Source of the DNA: a virus
Lineage: Duplodnaviria > Heunggongvirae > Uroviricota > Caudoviricetes
IMG/VR virus record: IMGVR_UViG_3300032296_003759
DNA length: 64,000 bases
Strand: one strand, 5' to 3'
Shown here: positions 9,843 to 20,405 of the stretch, piece after piece
How positions within the stretch are numbered: the first letter of the stretch is position 1
How the letters are laid out: each line of letters begins with the position of its first letter
Notes under the pieces: generated by a model
What the model saw: the letters and a program-made list of their open reading frames with translations, nothing else
Databases searched by the model: none
What the model was told of the DNA's origin: nothing
Program-made: the position numbers and the translations under genes

Positions 9843-12509
9843 TTAGTAAACATTTTCTACGTACTGCATGTATGAATTCATAAATGATAGAGCATTAGGT
9901 GCACTAATTAGAGGTCTATCAATAGGTTTATTTACATCTGTTTTATAAAGATCATATCTCGCATCATTTTCTCCTAGTTTTACTACAGATAAAGTTGCAT
10001 TAATCATTTCACCGTTTGACCAAATAGGTAGATAGTGTCTATCTACAATATTTCCTATTTCTGTATCTCTAAATTTTTTAGTTCCTTGAATACTCATAAT
10101 AGCTCCTGCAGCAGATCTAGCATAGGGACTATTAATTGCTTGAGGTATTACTCCATATCCTGTATTTTGTATACTATAATAACCATTATCTAATTCTGTA
10201 ACTGCCCCTATTCCCATAGCACTTAAAGTACTTTGGTTACCTGCTCCTACTCCACTTATTATTACTTCTCCATCTCCTGTAATTGCAGATACAGATATAG
10301 ATTTATTTCTTTGACCTTCATCACCAAATTTGTATTGGATAGCTTCAATAAATGGACTTTCATTATCATATACACTTATATATTTTTTATTATTCCAGTT
10401 ACTATTTTTATAAACTCTATCACGAGCTGAATTTATTTGTTCACTAGGAGTTTCCATTGCATCTATTATATCTGTAGTATTTTGAATAAAGTTTTTTGTA
10501 TTATCACTCCACTTAACTGGTTTTCCATTCATATTTATTGAATATGAAGTTGCTGTTAAAGGCTCTATAAAAGGAGTAATCATAAATTCAGGTGATACTT
10601 CTTCTAGTCCTTTAGAAATACTAAATTTATTTCCTTTTTTTACAACTTCTTGTCCTTGAGACAATCTATACATTTCTGATGGAGTAAACTCAAAGTCTCC
10701 TAATTTTGTATTTTTTGTAAATCCTTTATCACTTAGGTTTTTATTAATAAAGTCATCAATATTACTGTAACCTAAATTTTCAGCTACTTCTTGTTCCTTT
10801 AACTGTAAAGTATTTTCTGTTTCTTTAAGTTTAGAGGTTGCTTGTGCATATGTTTTTTTATAGTTTTGAACTTCTTCTAAATTTCCAAAATTTGCAAGGT
10901 AACCTTGAACAAATGTTGTATTTTGAAATTGTTTGTCACCAATCATTAAATTATTATCTCTAACTTGTTTTGCAAACTTATTCAATGAAGCCTCAGAGAA
11001 ATCAGTATAGCCATAAGCAGTCAAAAGATTTTTTCTAAAGTCAGCCTCATTTGTTGCTTTTGTTATCATTGAATTAAATAAACCTTTATTCAGATTAATT
11101 AGATCACTATTTGCTTGATCTATATCAGTTTTAAGTTTATTAAAAACTTCTGATCCAGGAGTTTCAGGGGGTTTACTAAACAAACTCGGATCTAAAAATT
11201 GTTGATTTGGATTTAGTGAAATTGAACCATCTTCATTAAGTTTATATAAAGAATTATTCAATGGAGTTTTAAAAAACTGTCTAATTGATTCAAGTTTAAG
11301 TTGAAATCTTTGAGCGTTATCTTGCATTTGCTCAGCATGCTGAAATCTAGCACTTTGCATTGCACTCTCAAATTTTTGTCTAAGGGATTGAAGTTGTACC
11401 GGATCACCTGAGAAATCTCTTGTATATTCCCTAAATGCAAGACTTACAGCTTCTTTCCATAGTTTTTTATGTACATACATATTACCTGCATGACTATCAA
11501 AGTTTTCATATACATCAGTAAAATCTCCTGCTATTAACTTATCTCTTTTAGCTGTAATCTCAGTAACATTTTTTGTTATTTCACTTAAATCTTTTGCATA
11601 TTGTGTTGCTGCTTGTTTTCTTTCTTCCAAAGTCATTTTATTATTCTTTGAATTGAGAGATTGCATAGAAGTAGCAATTTCCTGTGTTTTTTTATTATAA
11701 AGATTTATTTGATCATTATATGAAGCAACTATTTCCTCACCAAAATCTTTTATTGGAACAGATCTATATGTTACAGATCCTTCTATTTGAAGTTGTCTTA
11801 TTGCAGGTCCAGAAAGATTAGATAATAAACAATTATATGCTTTTGATGCAGTTCTTTCTTTAATTTCAGTGTTAACAAAGTATCCAGTTATATCTTTACC
11901 ACTTGATCCATAGAATGGTAAATTGCTACTATTTTTATCTGCAGGACAGAGCTTTGATACTTTTTCATATTCAGAGGTATAGTCATAAAATGCCTCATAG
12001 TTTCTTGCTTGTTTTAGATATGCTTCTCCAGCGTTTCTATCTCCAGAATCCATAAATTCTTTTGCACCTTGTAAAGCATACTGATGATTATATTGACTAT
12101 AATACTTTCCGTGATCTTGTGTTCTTGCTCTCTCTGCATCAGCATTAATTTTCTTAATATGCTCTGTTGCTGCATGATCACTTATAATACCTTTATCTTG
12201 AAGTAAAGGTTTATAAATATCAATTCCCATTCTTTGTACAGATGCATTAGCAAGATTCATTGTTGATAATTTTGCTAACTGCTCTTCTGAATCTTTTAAA
12301 AATTTATCTCTTATTTGTTTGTTAGGTTCTTTACTAAGACTCAGATTTAAAGCATTTTCATAAACACTTTTAACCCTATAGGCACCTTCATCCCAATACT
12401 GATTTTGTGCAACGAGACCTTTAAAGATATCATTTATAGGTAATTCATATGGTCGAAAAGCACTTAACTGTTGATAATCAACCTGCTCATATGGTGTAAC
12501 AGCTGCCAT
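9843..12509 (-). CDS. large hypothetical virion/tail-associated protein (888 aa)
   Basis: Long ORF with ATG start, tightly packed in the operon. Confidence 0.7.
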   Translation of the reverse strand: MAAVTPYEQVDYQQLSAFRPYELPINDIFKGLVAQNQYWDEGAYRVKSVYENALNLSLSKEPNKQIRDKFLKDSEEQLAKLSTMNLANASVQRMGIDIYKPLLQDKGIISDHAATEHIKKINADAERARTQDHGKYYSQYNHQYALQGAKEFMDSGDRNAGEAYLKQARNYEAFYDYTSEYEKVSKLCPADKNSSNLPFYGSSGKDITGYFVNTEIKERTASKAYNCLLSNLSGPAIRQLQIEGSVTYRSVPIKDFGEEIVASYNDQINLYNKKTQEIATSMQSLNSKNNKMTLEERKQAATQYAKDLSEITKNVTEITAKRDKLIAGDFTDVYENFDSHAGNMYVHKKLWKEAVSLAFREYTRDFSGDPVQLQSLRQKFESAMQSARFQHAEQMQDNAQRFQLKLESIRQFFKTPLNNSLYKLNEDGSISLNPNQQFLDPSLFSKPPETPGSEVFNKLKTDIDQANSDLINLNKGLFNSMITKATNEADFRKNLLTAYGYTDFSEASLNKFAKQVRDNNLMIGDKQFQNTTFVQGYLANFGNLEEVQNYKKTYAQATSKLKETENTLQLKEQEVAENLGYSNIDDFINKNLSDKGFTKNTKLGDFEFTPSEMYRLSQGQEVVKKGNKFSISKGLEEVSPEFMITPFIEPLTATSYSINMNGKPVKWSDNTKNFIQNTTDIIDAMETPSEQINSARDRVYKNSNWNNKKYISVYDNESPFIEAIQYKFGDEGQRNKSISVSAITGDGEVIISGVGAGNQSTLSAMGIGAVTELDNGYYSIQNTGYGVIPQAINSPYARSAAGAIMSIQGTKKFRDTEIGNIVDRHYLPIWSNGEMINATLSVVKLGENDARYDLYKTDVNKPIDRPLISAPNALSFMNSYMQYVENVY

Positions 12510-12561
12510 TTTTACAAATTTATATTATATTTTTTTATATATCTATTAATATTATAGATTA

Positions 12562-14460
12562 TTATCTATAAGGATTTTTCTTAATAACTCCTCCTTTTCT
12601 TGATACTTGTGGTTGAAATTGTTTTAATGCTAACACTTTCAAAAAGTTGATTTTCTCACCTGGAGAAAGGGCATTGAAATCTATTTGTTGTATATATTTG
12701 TCAAGATATGCTCCTTTTGTATTAGCTGTCATTGCATCAAGAATATTCTTTGGCAATCTTTTGTAATCTCCTGTTTTAAAATCATAAGTCCAAGCAGGAT
12801 CTCTTAGTGTTGCCATCATATATGCAAGAGATTCATTTGTAGCTACATCTTTAAATAATCCTGACCAATATTGATCTTGTGCAAATTGTTTTGCTTTATC
12901 AAAATTTGCAGAAGCAATAACTGATTTTTGGTAATAATCTTGATCAAAATTAATGTTTGCCATAAGAGATTGATTTCTAAGTTGTGTATTAGTCATCTCT
13001 TCATTAGTCTTTTGACCAACATTCATATTATCATACTGTGCCCTTATTTCATTTATCTTATTAAGATTCTTACCTATAGCATCTGATGCCATAGCATTTG
13101 CTAATATAGGATTTTGACTCCTAAATGAATTCAATGCCATAAAAGTAGCAGCCTGAGCATCTTGAATTGCTGGTTCAGGATTATATAAAGGAAGACTTAC
13201 ATACTTTGGTTCAAATTGGCTCCTCATTGGACCATACTTTTTGATACCAATTGCTCTACCTGCATTTACAGCTTGAGATACTTTCTGCCAAGGAGTAAAC
13301 TGCCATCTAATTGGCATATAATCTTGTGGCGTAACTTCTATATTTTTTACTTCAGGAGGTGTAATATATGAAGGTGCTAAAGTTGTTGTGGTATTAACAC
13401 TAGTTATTGTAGTATTAGGAATTATTGATCTTTCTTTAACTTGATCCCATCTAACACCTAACATTTCATCAGCTGGATCCTCTGCTTTATTTGTACCAAA
13501 TCTTTGAAATACAGTTCTACCATCTGGACCAACAAACCATTCACCTTGTTTAGTAGTACTTCCTTCATGAACTTGTTTAACTATTGGTCCATAAGTTGGG
13601 TGATTAAGCATCCATTGTTGAAATGTTTTATTTGTTATTGGTATATTTTTTTCTTTAGCTTCTTTATAAAATCCAACATCTGCAGCAAATTGATTCCATT
13701 CTTTTTCAGTATACTTACTTGCATTCCAGTCATCTCCTTTGTCACCTGTATAAGGAACTAATCCTGCAGTTTGCATCATTGTTAAACCAGTTTGTCCTAT
13801 TTCTCTATATGGATTTTTAATATGACCTCCATATTTAGCATATTGTTTTTGTTCCATAATCTTATCTTTTACTTCATCATTATATACAGGTGCACTATCT
13901 TTTGCAAATTCAGGAATACCATCTTCAAAACCTTTTTTGCTTTCTTGTGCAAATGCAATTTTTCCTACAATTTCTCTATATTTATTTAACATTAGTTCTG
14001 AAGAACTTTTTGCAAGCAGGTTCTTTTTTGGGTCCTCAATATTATTTACTAATCTATTATAATGTTCTAAATCTATATTTCTTTTTAAAACTTGTGCAGG
14101 TGTATTATCTTTTTTCTTTGAGCTAGATCCTTGTTTTAGTTCAAGTACTTCTTGTTCTTGTTTAGAAAGAGCCATAGGACTGTGATCAGAGAATACAAAT
14201 GATCCAGGTTTAAGTTGTACTGGCATACCACCTTTATGATGTCTTTTACCTTTAGCATCAAATATTCCATCTAGTTCTGGATTTAATACAACTTCTCTAC
14301 CCTCAATTTCTACATTGGCCCTATAGGGATTACTTTTAATAGTATAATTAATATTATCCTCTACATCCAGAGATGGATTTTCTCCAAAAGTAGAATCATA
14401 CTGATCTCCTGTTTTGAAGAAGTATTGGTCTTTATAAGTTGCATTGTCTGCTATTGCCAT
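12562..14460 (-). CDS. hypothetical virion protein (~632 aa); start trimmed to the ATG at 14460 (MAIADNATYK...)
   Basis: The track ORF extends to 14526 and overlaps the upstream gene by 60 nt. The internal Met removes the overlap. Confidence 0.65.
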   Translation of the reverse strand: MAIADNATYKDQYFFKTGDQYDSTFGENPSLDVEDNINYTIKSNPYRANVEIEGREVVLNPELDGIFDAKGKRHHKGGMPVQLKPGSFVFSDHSPMALSKQEQEVLELKQGSSSKKKDNTPAQVLKRNIDLEHYNRLVNNIEDPKKNLLAKSSSELMLNKYREIVGKIAFAQESKKGFEDGIPEFAKDSAPVYNDEVKDKIMEQKQYAKYGGHIKNPYREIGQTGLTMMQTAGLVPYTGDKGDDWNASKYTEKEWNQFAADVGFYKEAKEKNIPITNKTFQQWMLNHPTYGPIVKQVHEGSTTKQGEWFVGPDGRTVFQRFGTNKAEDPADEMLGVRWDQVKERSIIPNTTITSVNTTTTLAPSYITPPEVKNIEVTPQDYMPIRWQFTPWQKVSQAVNAGRAIGIKKYGPMRSQFEPKYVSLPLYNPEPAIQDAQAATFMALNSFRSQNPILANAMASDAIGKNLNKINEIRAQYDNMNVGQKTNEEMTNTQLRNQSLMANINFDQDYYQKSVIASANFDKAKQFAQDQYWSGLFKDVATNESLAYMMATLRDPAWTYDFKTGDYKRLPKNILDAMTANTKGAYLDKYIQQIDFNALSPGEKINFLKVLALKQFQPQVSRKGGVIKKNPYR

Positions 14461-14464
14461 TTTC

Positions 14465-17400
14465 TTATTTTTTACTTGATTTATATTGAGGAACATGATC
14501 TGCCATATTCCAAGCCCCGTGTCCAAAATACTTAACTGGATCTACTTTCTTTCCATTTGCATCAGTTACTGTAAAATGTAAATGTGGTCCAGTTCCACCT
14601 GTACCACTCATACCTACAAATTGACGTTTACTAATTTGATCTCCTATTTTTAAATCTGTTTTATTTAAATGTGCAAATCCAAATCTTTCTCCAGTTGCTG
14701 CTCTAATACTAAGTTGGAGTCCTCCTTTACCTGTTGTCCAAACATTACTGACTACTCCATCTACAGGAGAGTATATTTCAGTATTCATTGGTACACCTAT
14801 GTCAACTCCATAATGAAATTTCTTATCCATTTCTCTAAATTTAAATCCGCTAGTTATTCTTACCCCAACATTTGGATTGAATAAAACTCCAAGATCTTCC
14901 TTATAATTACCAATGGGCGCTTGTCTCCAAGATAAGCCGCTATTTTGATTTCCTGATTTATTATTTTGATTTAGTGGTCCACTACCTGTATTATCCCAAT
15001 CCCATGCACTTGGATCATCATCTATTATAGAATAATCATAATCTTTGTTATCGTCCTGGTTATAAACAAATGGTCTATTTACTTCATCCATTGCTGCATT
15101 ATATGAATTAGACATTCTTAATTTCCTATTAAGACGTTCATTTATTTCATTTTGTTGTTCTAATGATTCTGCAAGTTTTTTATTTTCATCTTTTAATGTA
15201 TTTACCTCACTCATATCAGGTGCAGAATTGCCAGTATACTCATCTTCTTCTCCAAATAAGAAGTCATAGGCTTGTAAAGGAGTTAGACCTCCTGTGGCAA
15301 AGATACTACTTTTTCTTGGTCTAAACAACTTTTGACCCATAAATATTCCTCCAATCTCTTTACTTTCTCTTCTTATCTTTCTTTCCTGTTCTAACATTTC
15401 TGGAGTAGGCTTCTTTCCTGATCCACTATTTGCTCTTATGTTATCCCATAGACCTCTTCTGGAGTATGATCCATCTGCACGTTTAATCATTTGACCACCT
15501 TTCTTCATAAGATTTGCCATAGAAAGAAACTTATTTAGATCATATTTTACATTCTCACGTTTAAAATCACCTATCATATTTTGAGCTATTTGATTTCTGT
15601 TTTCACGATTTTTAACTTGGGATAATATATCCGCAATACCTTCTACCATTTCCTTATCTTCTTCTATTTCTCCTCCTTTTCTACTAAACTGTGGACCAAT
15701 TGGTAAAGATACTCCCTCATTTTTTACAACTATATTATTTAAATCACTTACACCTTTAGATCCACCAGTTGTTCTAAATAACTCTAACATAAAGTCAATT
15801 CTTTGTCTTTCTTTTTCATCTAAAGATTTATCAAAGAATTTTTCGTATAGTTTATTTTTTATTGATTCCATTTCTTCTGGTGTACTATCTTTACTGGGAT
15901 CTATTCCATATGTAGTTCTTAAATCATCTAATGCACGTTTCATTTCATAGTTGAACATATTCTTATAGTTCTTTCCAAATTGACCTTGTACAAATGATGT
16001 ACCGGTAAAATAATTAAATGAGGAAGGAATTTCCATAGGTGATTCTGGATTAAAATCCTTTTTATATTGTTCAGCATACTTCTTTTTATCATAAAGATTA
16101 AAGATATCTTTATTATGTCTTCCTATAACATTCTGTGCAGGTTTATCTAAATAATGTTGAATTTCATGACCAACTACTTGTGGAGTATTTGCTTCTTGAT
16201 GTCCTTTTATAAAAGCTGCATATCTTTCAGGATCTTTTTTAATTCTCCTTATTTCAGATCTTTGCCATGAATCAGGACGATCTGGAAATAACTTATTAGG
16301 ATCAGTTAGTAGAATTTTATTATCTCTACTATCAAATCTGCCACTAACACCTCTTAAGTTTAAATTAAAGTATGGAAGAAATTCAATATTATTAATTTTT
16401 TCAGGATAAGATTGTAATTGAGATAAAACTTCACTTGCCTCTTGTTGTAAAACTTTATTTGGATGATTTTTTCTTCCCTCTAACCAACTTATTTTTTTTG
16501 CACGTTCTTCATCATAAATTTTTTGATAGTTTATAGGAGTTACATTAAGCAATCCTTCCTGGGCTTTTATTAGACCACCTGTATTTTTCTGATCTGATTG
16601 ATTTAATAAACCTCCTTTTCTATATACTAAACCTTTACTTTTTAAATATTGCTGTAAAGCAGGATCTTTTTTTAATAGATCATAATCTAGATTATACATA
16701 CCTTCGTATCTTTCATCACCAGGATTATAATTTGCAACTCCATCTCTTCTCATTTTCATTAAACCTAAATCTATAGCTGTTAAGTTTCCTAATTGTTTTG
16801 TTTTATCAATTATCTTCTTATATCTATTTAATAAGTTTGGATGAGAGTTAACATATTCAATCATTGCTTTCTGTCCTCCTGTTTTATCATCATATTTATA
16901 AAACCATCCATAATCATTTTTTATAGTCTTTATTCCAGGTACCTGTCTGTCAGCTAGAAATCTCATTAGTTCATAAGGATGATAATTTAAATCTTTTGCA
17001 GGATTCCATGAAGAAGCAAGTCCTTGTAAATTACCTGCTCTCCATTGATTTGCTTTAGGTCCAACACCAAATCCAGACTCTCTTCCAATTAATGCTAAAG
17101 CTTTTCCTATAGGTATTCCTTGTCTTTGTGCAGAAGCTATTGTTGCATCTATTGTATATGATGGAACTTTTCCAGTATTAAATCTTCCAGCTGTAAGATT
17201 TATATATGTAGGATTTTGTGTAATATAACTTGTGTTATTTTTTTTGAATTGGTTTGCAAAATCTAAGTATTTTTCATTATACAAATTTAACATTTGATCA
17301 TAAATACTTAATTGAGGATTAGATTCTACTGAAGGTTTATCTTCTTCCCCAGAAAAATAATTTACTAGATTGTTTAATCCAGTATTTATTGTGCTTATAA

Positions 17401-17470
17401 CACGAGGCATCATAATTGGTCCGGTTTTAAATAAACCAAGTTGAGCCTTTGGTAAACTTCTAAAATTCAT
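14465..17470 (-). CDS. cell-wall-degrading virion protein: lytic transglycosylase (SLT-like) domain plus C-terminal M23 (LytM) peptidase domain
   Basis: N-terminal region has ...QGIPIGKALALIGRESGFG..., an ES catalytic pair typical of SLT. The C-terminus has HYGVDIGVP...GTGPHLHFTV, the HxxxD and HxH signatures of M23 peptidases. Confidence 0.75.
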   Translation of the reverse strand: MNFRSLPKAQLGLFKTGPIMMPRVISTINTGLNNLVNYFSGEEDKPSVESNPQLSIYDQMLNLYNEKYLDFANQFKKNNTSYITQNPTYINLTAGRFNTGKVPSYTIDATIASAQRQGIPIGKALALIGRESGFGVGPKANQWRAGNLQGLASSWNPAKDLNYHPYELMRFLADRQVPGIKTIKNDYGWFYKYDDKTGGQKAMIEYVNSHPNLLNRYKKIIDKTKQLGNLTAIDLGLMKMRRDGVANYNPGDERYEGMYNLDYDLLKKDPALQQYLKSKGLVYRKGGLLNQSDQKNTGGLIKAQEGLLNVTPINYQKIYDEERAKKISWLEGRKNHPNKVLQQEASEVLSQLQSYPEKINNIEFLPYFNLNLRGVSGRFDSRDNKILLTDPNKLFPDRPDSWQRSEIRRIKKDPERYAAFIKGHQEANTPQVVGHEIQHYLDKPAQNVIGRHNKDIFNLYDKKKYAEQYKKDFNPESPMEIPSSFNYFTGTSFVQGQFGKNYKNMFNYEMKRALDDLRTTYGIDPSKDSTPEEMESIKNKLYEKFFDKSLDEKERQRIDFMLELFRTTGGSKGVSDLNNIVVKNEGVSLPIGPQFSRKGGEIEEDKEMVEGIADILSQVKNRENRNQIAQNMIGDFKRENVKYDLNKFLSMANLMKKGGQMIKRADGSYSRRGLWDNIRANSGSGKKPTPEMLEQERKIRRESKEIGGIFMGQKLFRPRKSSIFATGGLTPLQAYDFLFGEEDEYTGNSAPDMSEVNTLKDENKKLAESLEQQNEINERLNRKLRMSNSYNAAMDEVNRPFVYNQDDNKDYDYSIIDDDPSAWDWDNTGSGPLNQNNKSGNQNSGLSWRQAPIGNYKEDLGVLFNPNVGVRITSGFKFREMDKKFHYGVDIGVPMNTEIYSPVDGVVSNVWTTGKGGLQLSIRAATGERFGFAHLNKTDLKIGDQISKRQFVGMSGTGGTGPHLHFTVTDANGKKVDPVKYFGHGAWNMADHVPQYKSSKK

Positions 17471-17474
17471 TTTA

Positions 17475-20405
17475 TTATTTTTTATACCCTCTTAAATAAT
17501 TTATTAAACCACCTCTTAAGAATTCTGAACTTTTATTGTTTGATTTATTTAAAATAAAATTTAATCCTAGTCCAGAAGCTCCTGTTGCACCAATTGTTGA
17601 TAATGGCGCCCTATTCATTAAATCTGAAAGACCTTGATATAAACTAGGAGGAGTAAATTTTATAATTCTATTTCCTCTTAGAAAATTACTTCCAGCATTA
17701 GGTAAATTATTTAAATCAATAGAAGCAACATATCCAGCTGCCTCGTTTAATTTACTAGGATTTATTGGTTGATAACGAGAATTTATTAATCCATGATCTA
17801 ACATACTTTGTCTAAATTCTGCAATAAAAGGTAAATTTTCATTTTTATAGGTTCTTCCATTAGCATCCATAAAGTATTTAAAATCTCTAGCTACCTGTTC
17901 ATCACCTAGTGATTTTATATAATCATCAACCAATCCTCTATTTTGCTGATAAAATTCTCTAACTTGTTGATCTATTGGCATTTCTCCTGTTGCTTGTAAA
18001 GAGTGAGCTACCTCATGTGCGGCACTAGATCTACTTCCTTGTGTAAAGTCACTAAGTGCTATTGTTCCAGGATCATAGTTTGGATTAGCAAAAAGTTGAT
18101 TTCCACTAGGTTTAGATAAATTAAGAGTATTTGGTATATTTCCTACAGTATTCTGAGGAAAAAGTTCAGTAGGAGCATTAAATGAATTTATATTTTTAAA
18201 AGGAGTCTGAGAAATAAATTGTGCATTTCCTGCAGGAAATAATCTTGATACAAAAGGTGCACTTTCAGATCCCATCATACCTCTTCCTTTATCTAAAAAG
18301 AATCTTGAAGTATTATTTTGAATAGCAGTTTGTGCTTCATTTATTCTATTTGCAACAAGATAATCTAATTGTTCATCAGTTAAATTTGAATTAGCTTCTT
18401 TAAATTGATTTCTAAGTCTTCTAATGCCTTCTGGTGAACCTAAATCATCAAGAATTTTATTACCTACACTTGTTATTGTATTATCAGCATTTTGGGCAAC
18501 TCCAGTAAAATATTGAGATACATCTTCACCTAATGCTAAATAATTACCTGACTCTCCCCAACCACCTTGTATAGGCAACTTAAAACGTGGAATCTGACTT
18601 TGGATTCTTTCTTCAAGAGATTTATTAAGTCCAAAACGATAATTAGCTAAATCACCTGTTACAATACGGTTTCCTGGTTTACCAATATATGTTAAATCAA
18701 CTAAACCTAATTTATCTCCTACTGATCCGATATTTCCCGAACCTTGATAATCTATTCCTACACCTAGTTGGTCTAGTTCATCAATTGTTTTTCCAATCTG
18801 ATTATAATTTTTAAGACCAAATGTACTTGGTGAAAATTTTAATCTAGGTAAAAATTGAGCCATTGGAACACTTTCATTTGACCAAGTTTTATTTCCAAAT
18901 TTTACATATCCTGTAGGAAATGCAATTTCTGCACCTTGAGGTTTATATGTTTTTCCAATATTAATTAAATTTTGAATAGATCGTTCATCTCCGAGATAAT
19001 TACCTATTTTTACTAACTGATTATCATCTAAAGCATTAAGAAAGACTCTACCTTCTCCTCCTCCTAAACCAATATCTTTAATTGGTAAGCCTGAATAATT
19101 AAATATCCTCCAGTCGTCTAAATCTTTATATTTTTTTAATATTTGATTACTAATTTCTTGTTTTTGATTAAAAACATCTTTTGCTAATTCACTATTACCT
19201 TGTCCAGACTTATTTAAATCAAATAGCTGATTATTTAGTTTATCATATTTTTTACCTAACTGTTTAACTTGATAGTTATTTAATTTTTGAGCAATGGTTC
19301 CTCTAAAACCACTTTCTAATCCTGTTGCAAGCCTATATGAAATTGGATTATTAAGTCTTTGTTGTGGTGATTGAAATAAGACTTTTGAGGAAGGCATATT
19401 TGCAACATAATTAACACCTCTTGCAAAATCATCTCCTAAAGATAATAAACCTGATCTAACTGGTAAACCATAAAATCCTAAAGCTGTCAATCCTGTATTT
19501 CCTATAGCACCTGCTACATTATCAAAAGTAGGGTTTTCAATAGCTTTGTTAATTGAAGTTCTTGTAGCTGAGTTAGGATCAATTAATTGATCCCCACTTA
19601 AGTAAGCACCTGTTCCCCATAATAAATTACTACCTGTAAGCCAAGGAATAGTTCTAGATCCTATAACAGCAGGTGCACTTAAATATGGAGCTACTCCGCG
19701 TAATCCTGCAAGTACAGCTGTAGCTTGAATTGCTCTATCAAAAGGATTTACATCTCCTTTTTCAAAATAATCTGGCATCTGATCCCATTGTCCTCTAACA
19801 CTATATCCAAAAGCAGTAAGTGGGTGAGTGGCAATTGCAAGTGCTTTTTCCCATGTAGGACGTTTTGGTCCAGCTTGAGATATTGTAGGTGCATTTTGTA
19901 TTATTTCTTCACGTCTCTGTTCTTGCTGGCCTTCATTTTCTCTTTTCATTCTTCTTGCTGCAGCTCGTTCAAATTCAGCCCATGTTGCATAAGGAGATTT
20001 TTGAGCTCTTCCATAATTTCTCCATTCAACATTATCATTATCAATATCACCTGTAAGATAATTATAAGTAATATTTGGGTAAAGTCCACTTTCATACTGA
20101 TCACGCATTGAATTTATAAATTCAGCATATTTTCTTTCTGTTGGATCAGCATATACAGTAACCTCATTTAAAGTAGTAAATTCTTGATTTGTTTTAGGAT
20201 CAATTAGTGTCCATTGACCTTTTTTATCTTGTCTACCTTTTTTATATGGTTTACCACTATAGTAAATCATACCATCCTTTGTTTCAGTAAAATCAGGTAC
20301 TATTGGTACACATTGACCTTCTGAATTTTTAAAAAATCCTTCTTCGCAGTCATTTTTTTTACCGCCAGGTTTGAATCTTTGTATTATATTTTTTCTATTA
20401 CGCAT
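17475..20405 (-). CDS. large virion protein (976 aa) with a possible zincin HExxH motif
   Basis: SAAHEVAHSLQ motif. The third zinc ligand is unclear. Long ORF. Confidence 0.4.
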   Translation of the reverse strand: MRNRKNIIQRFKPGGKKNDCEEGFFKNSEGQCVPIVPDFTETKDGMIYYSGKPYKKGRQDKKGQWTLIDPKTNQEFTTLNEVTVYADPTERKYAEFINSMRDQYESGLYPNITYNYLTGDIDNDNVEWRNYGRAQKSPYATWAEFERAAARRMKRENEGQQEQRREEIIQNAPTISQAGPKRPTWEKALAIATHPLTAFGYSVRGQWDQMPDYFEKGDVNPFDRAIQATAVLAGLRGVAPYLSAPAVIGSRTIPWLTGSNLLWGTGAYLSGDQLIDPNSATRTSINKAIENPTFDNVAGAIGNTGLTALGFYGLPVRSGLLSLGDDFARGVNYVANMPSSKVLFQSPQQRLNNPISYRLATGLESGFRGTIAQKLNNYQVKQLGKKYDKLNNQLFDLNKSGQGNSELAKDVFNQKQEISNQILKKYKDLDDWRIFNYSGLPIKDIGLGGGEGRVFLNALDDNQLVKIGNYLGDERSIQNLINIGKTYKPQGAEIAFPTGYVKFGNKTWSNESVPMAQFLPRLKFSPSTFGLKNYNQIGKTIDELDQLGVGIDYQGSGNIGSVGDKLGLVDLTYIGKPGNRIVTGDLANYRFGLNKSLEERIQSQIPRFKLPIQGGWGESGNYLALGEDVSQYFTGVAQNADNTITSVGNKILDDLGSPEGIRRLRNQFKEANSNLTDEQLDYLVANRINEAQTAIQNNTSRFFLDKGRGMMGSESAPFVSRLFPAGNAQFISQTPFKNINSFNAPTELFPQNTVGNIPNTLNLSKPSGNQLFANPNYDPGTIALSDFTQGSRSSAAHEVAHSLQATGEMPIDQQVREFYQQNRGLVDDYIKSLGDEQVARDFKYFMDANGRTYKNENLPFIAEFRQSMLDHGLINSRYQPINPSKLNEAAGYVASIDLNNLPNAGSNFLRGNRIIKFTPPSLYQGLSDLMNRAPLSTIGATGASGLGLNFILNKSNNKSSEFLRGGLINYLRGYKK

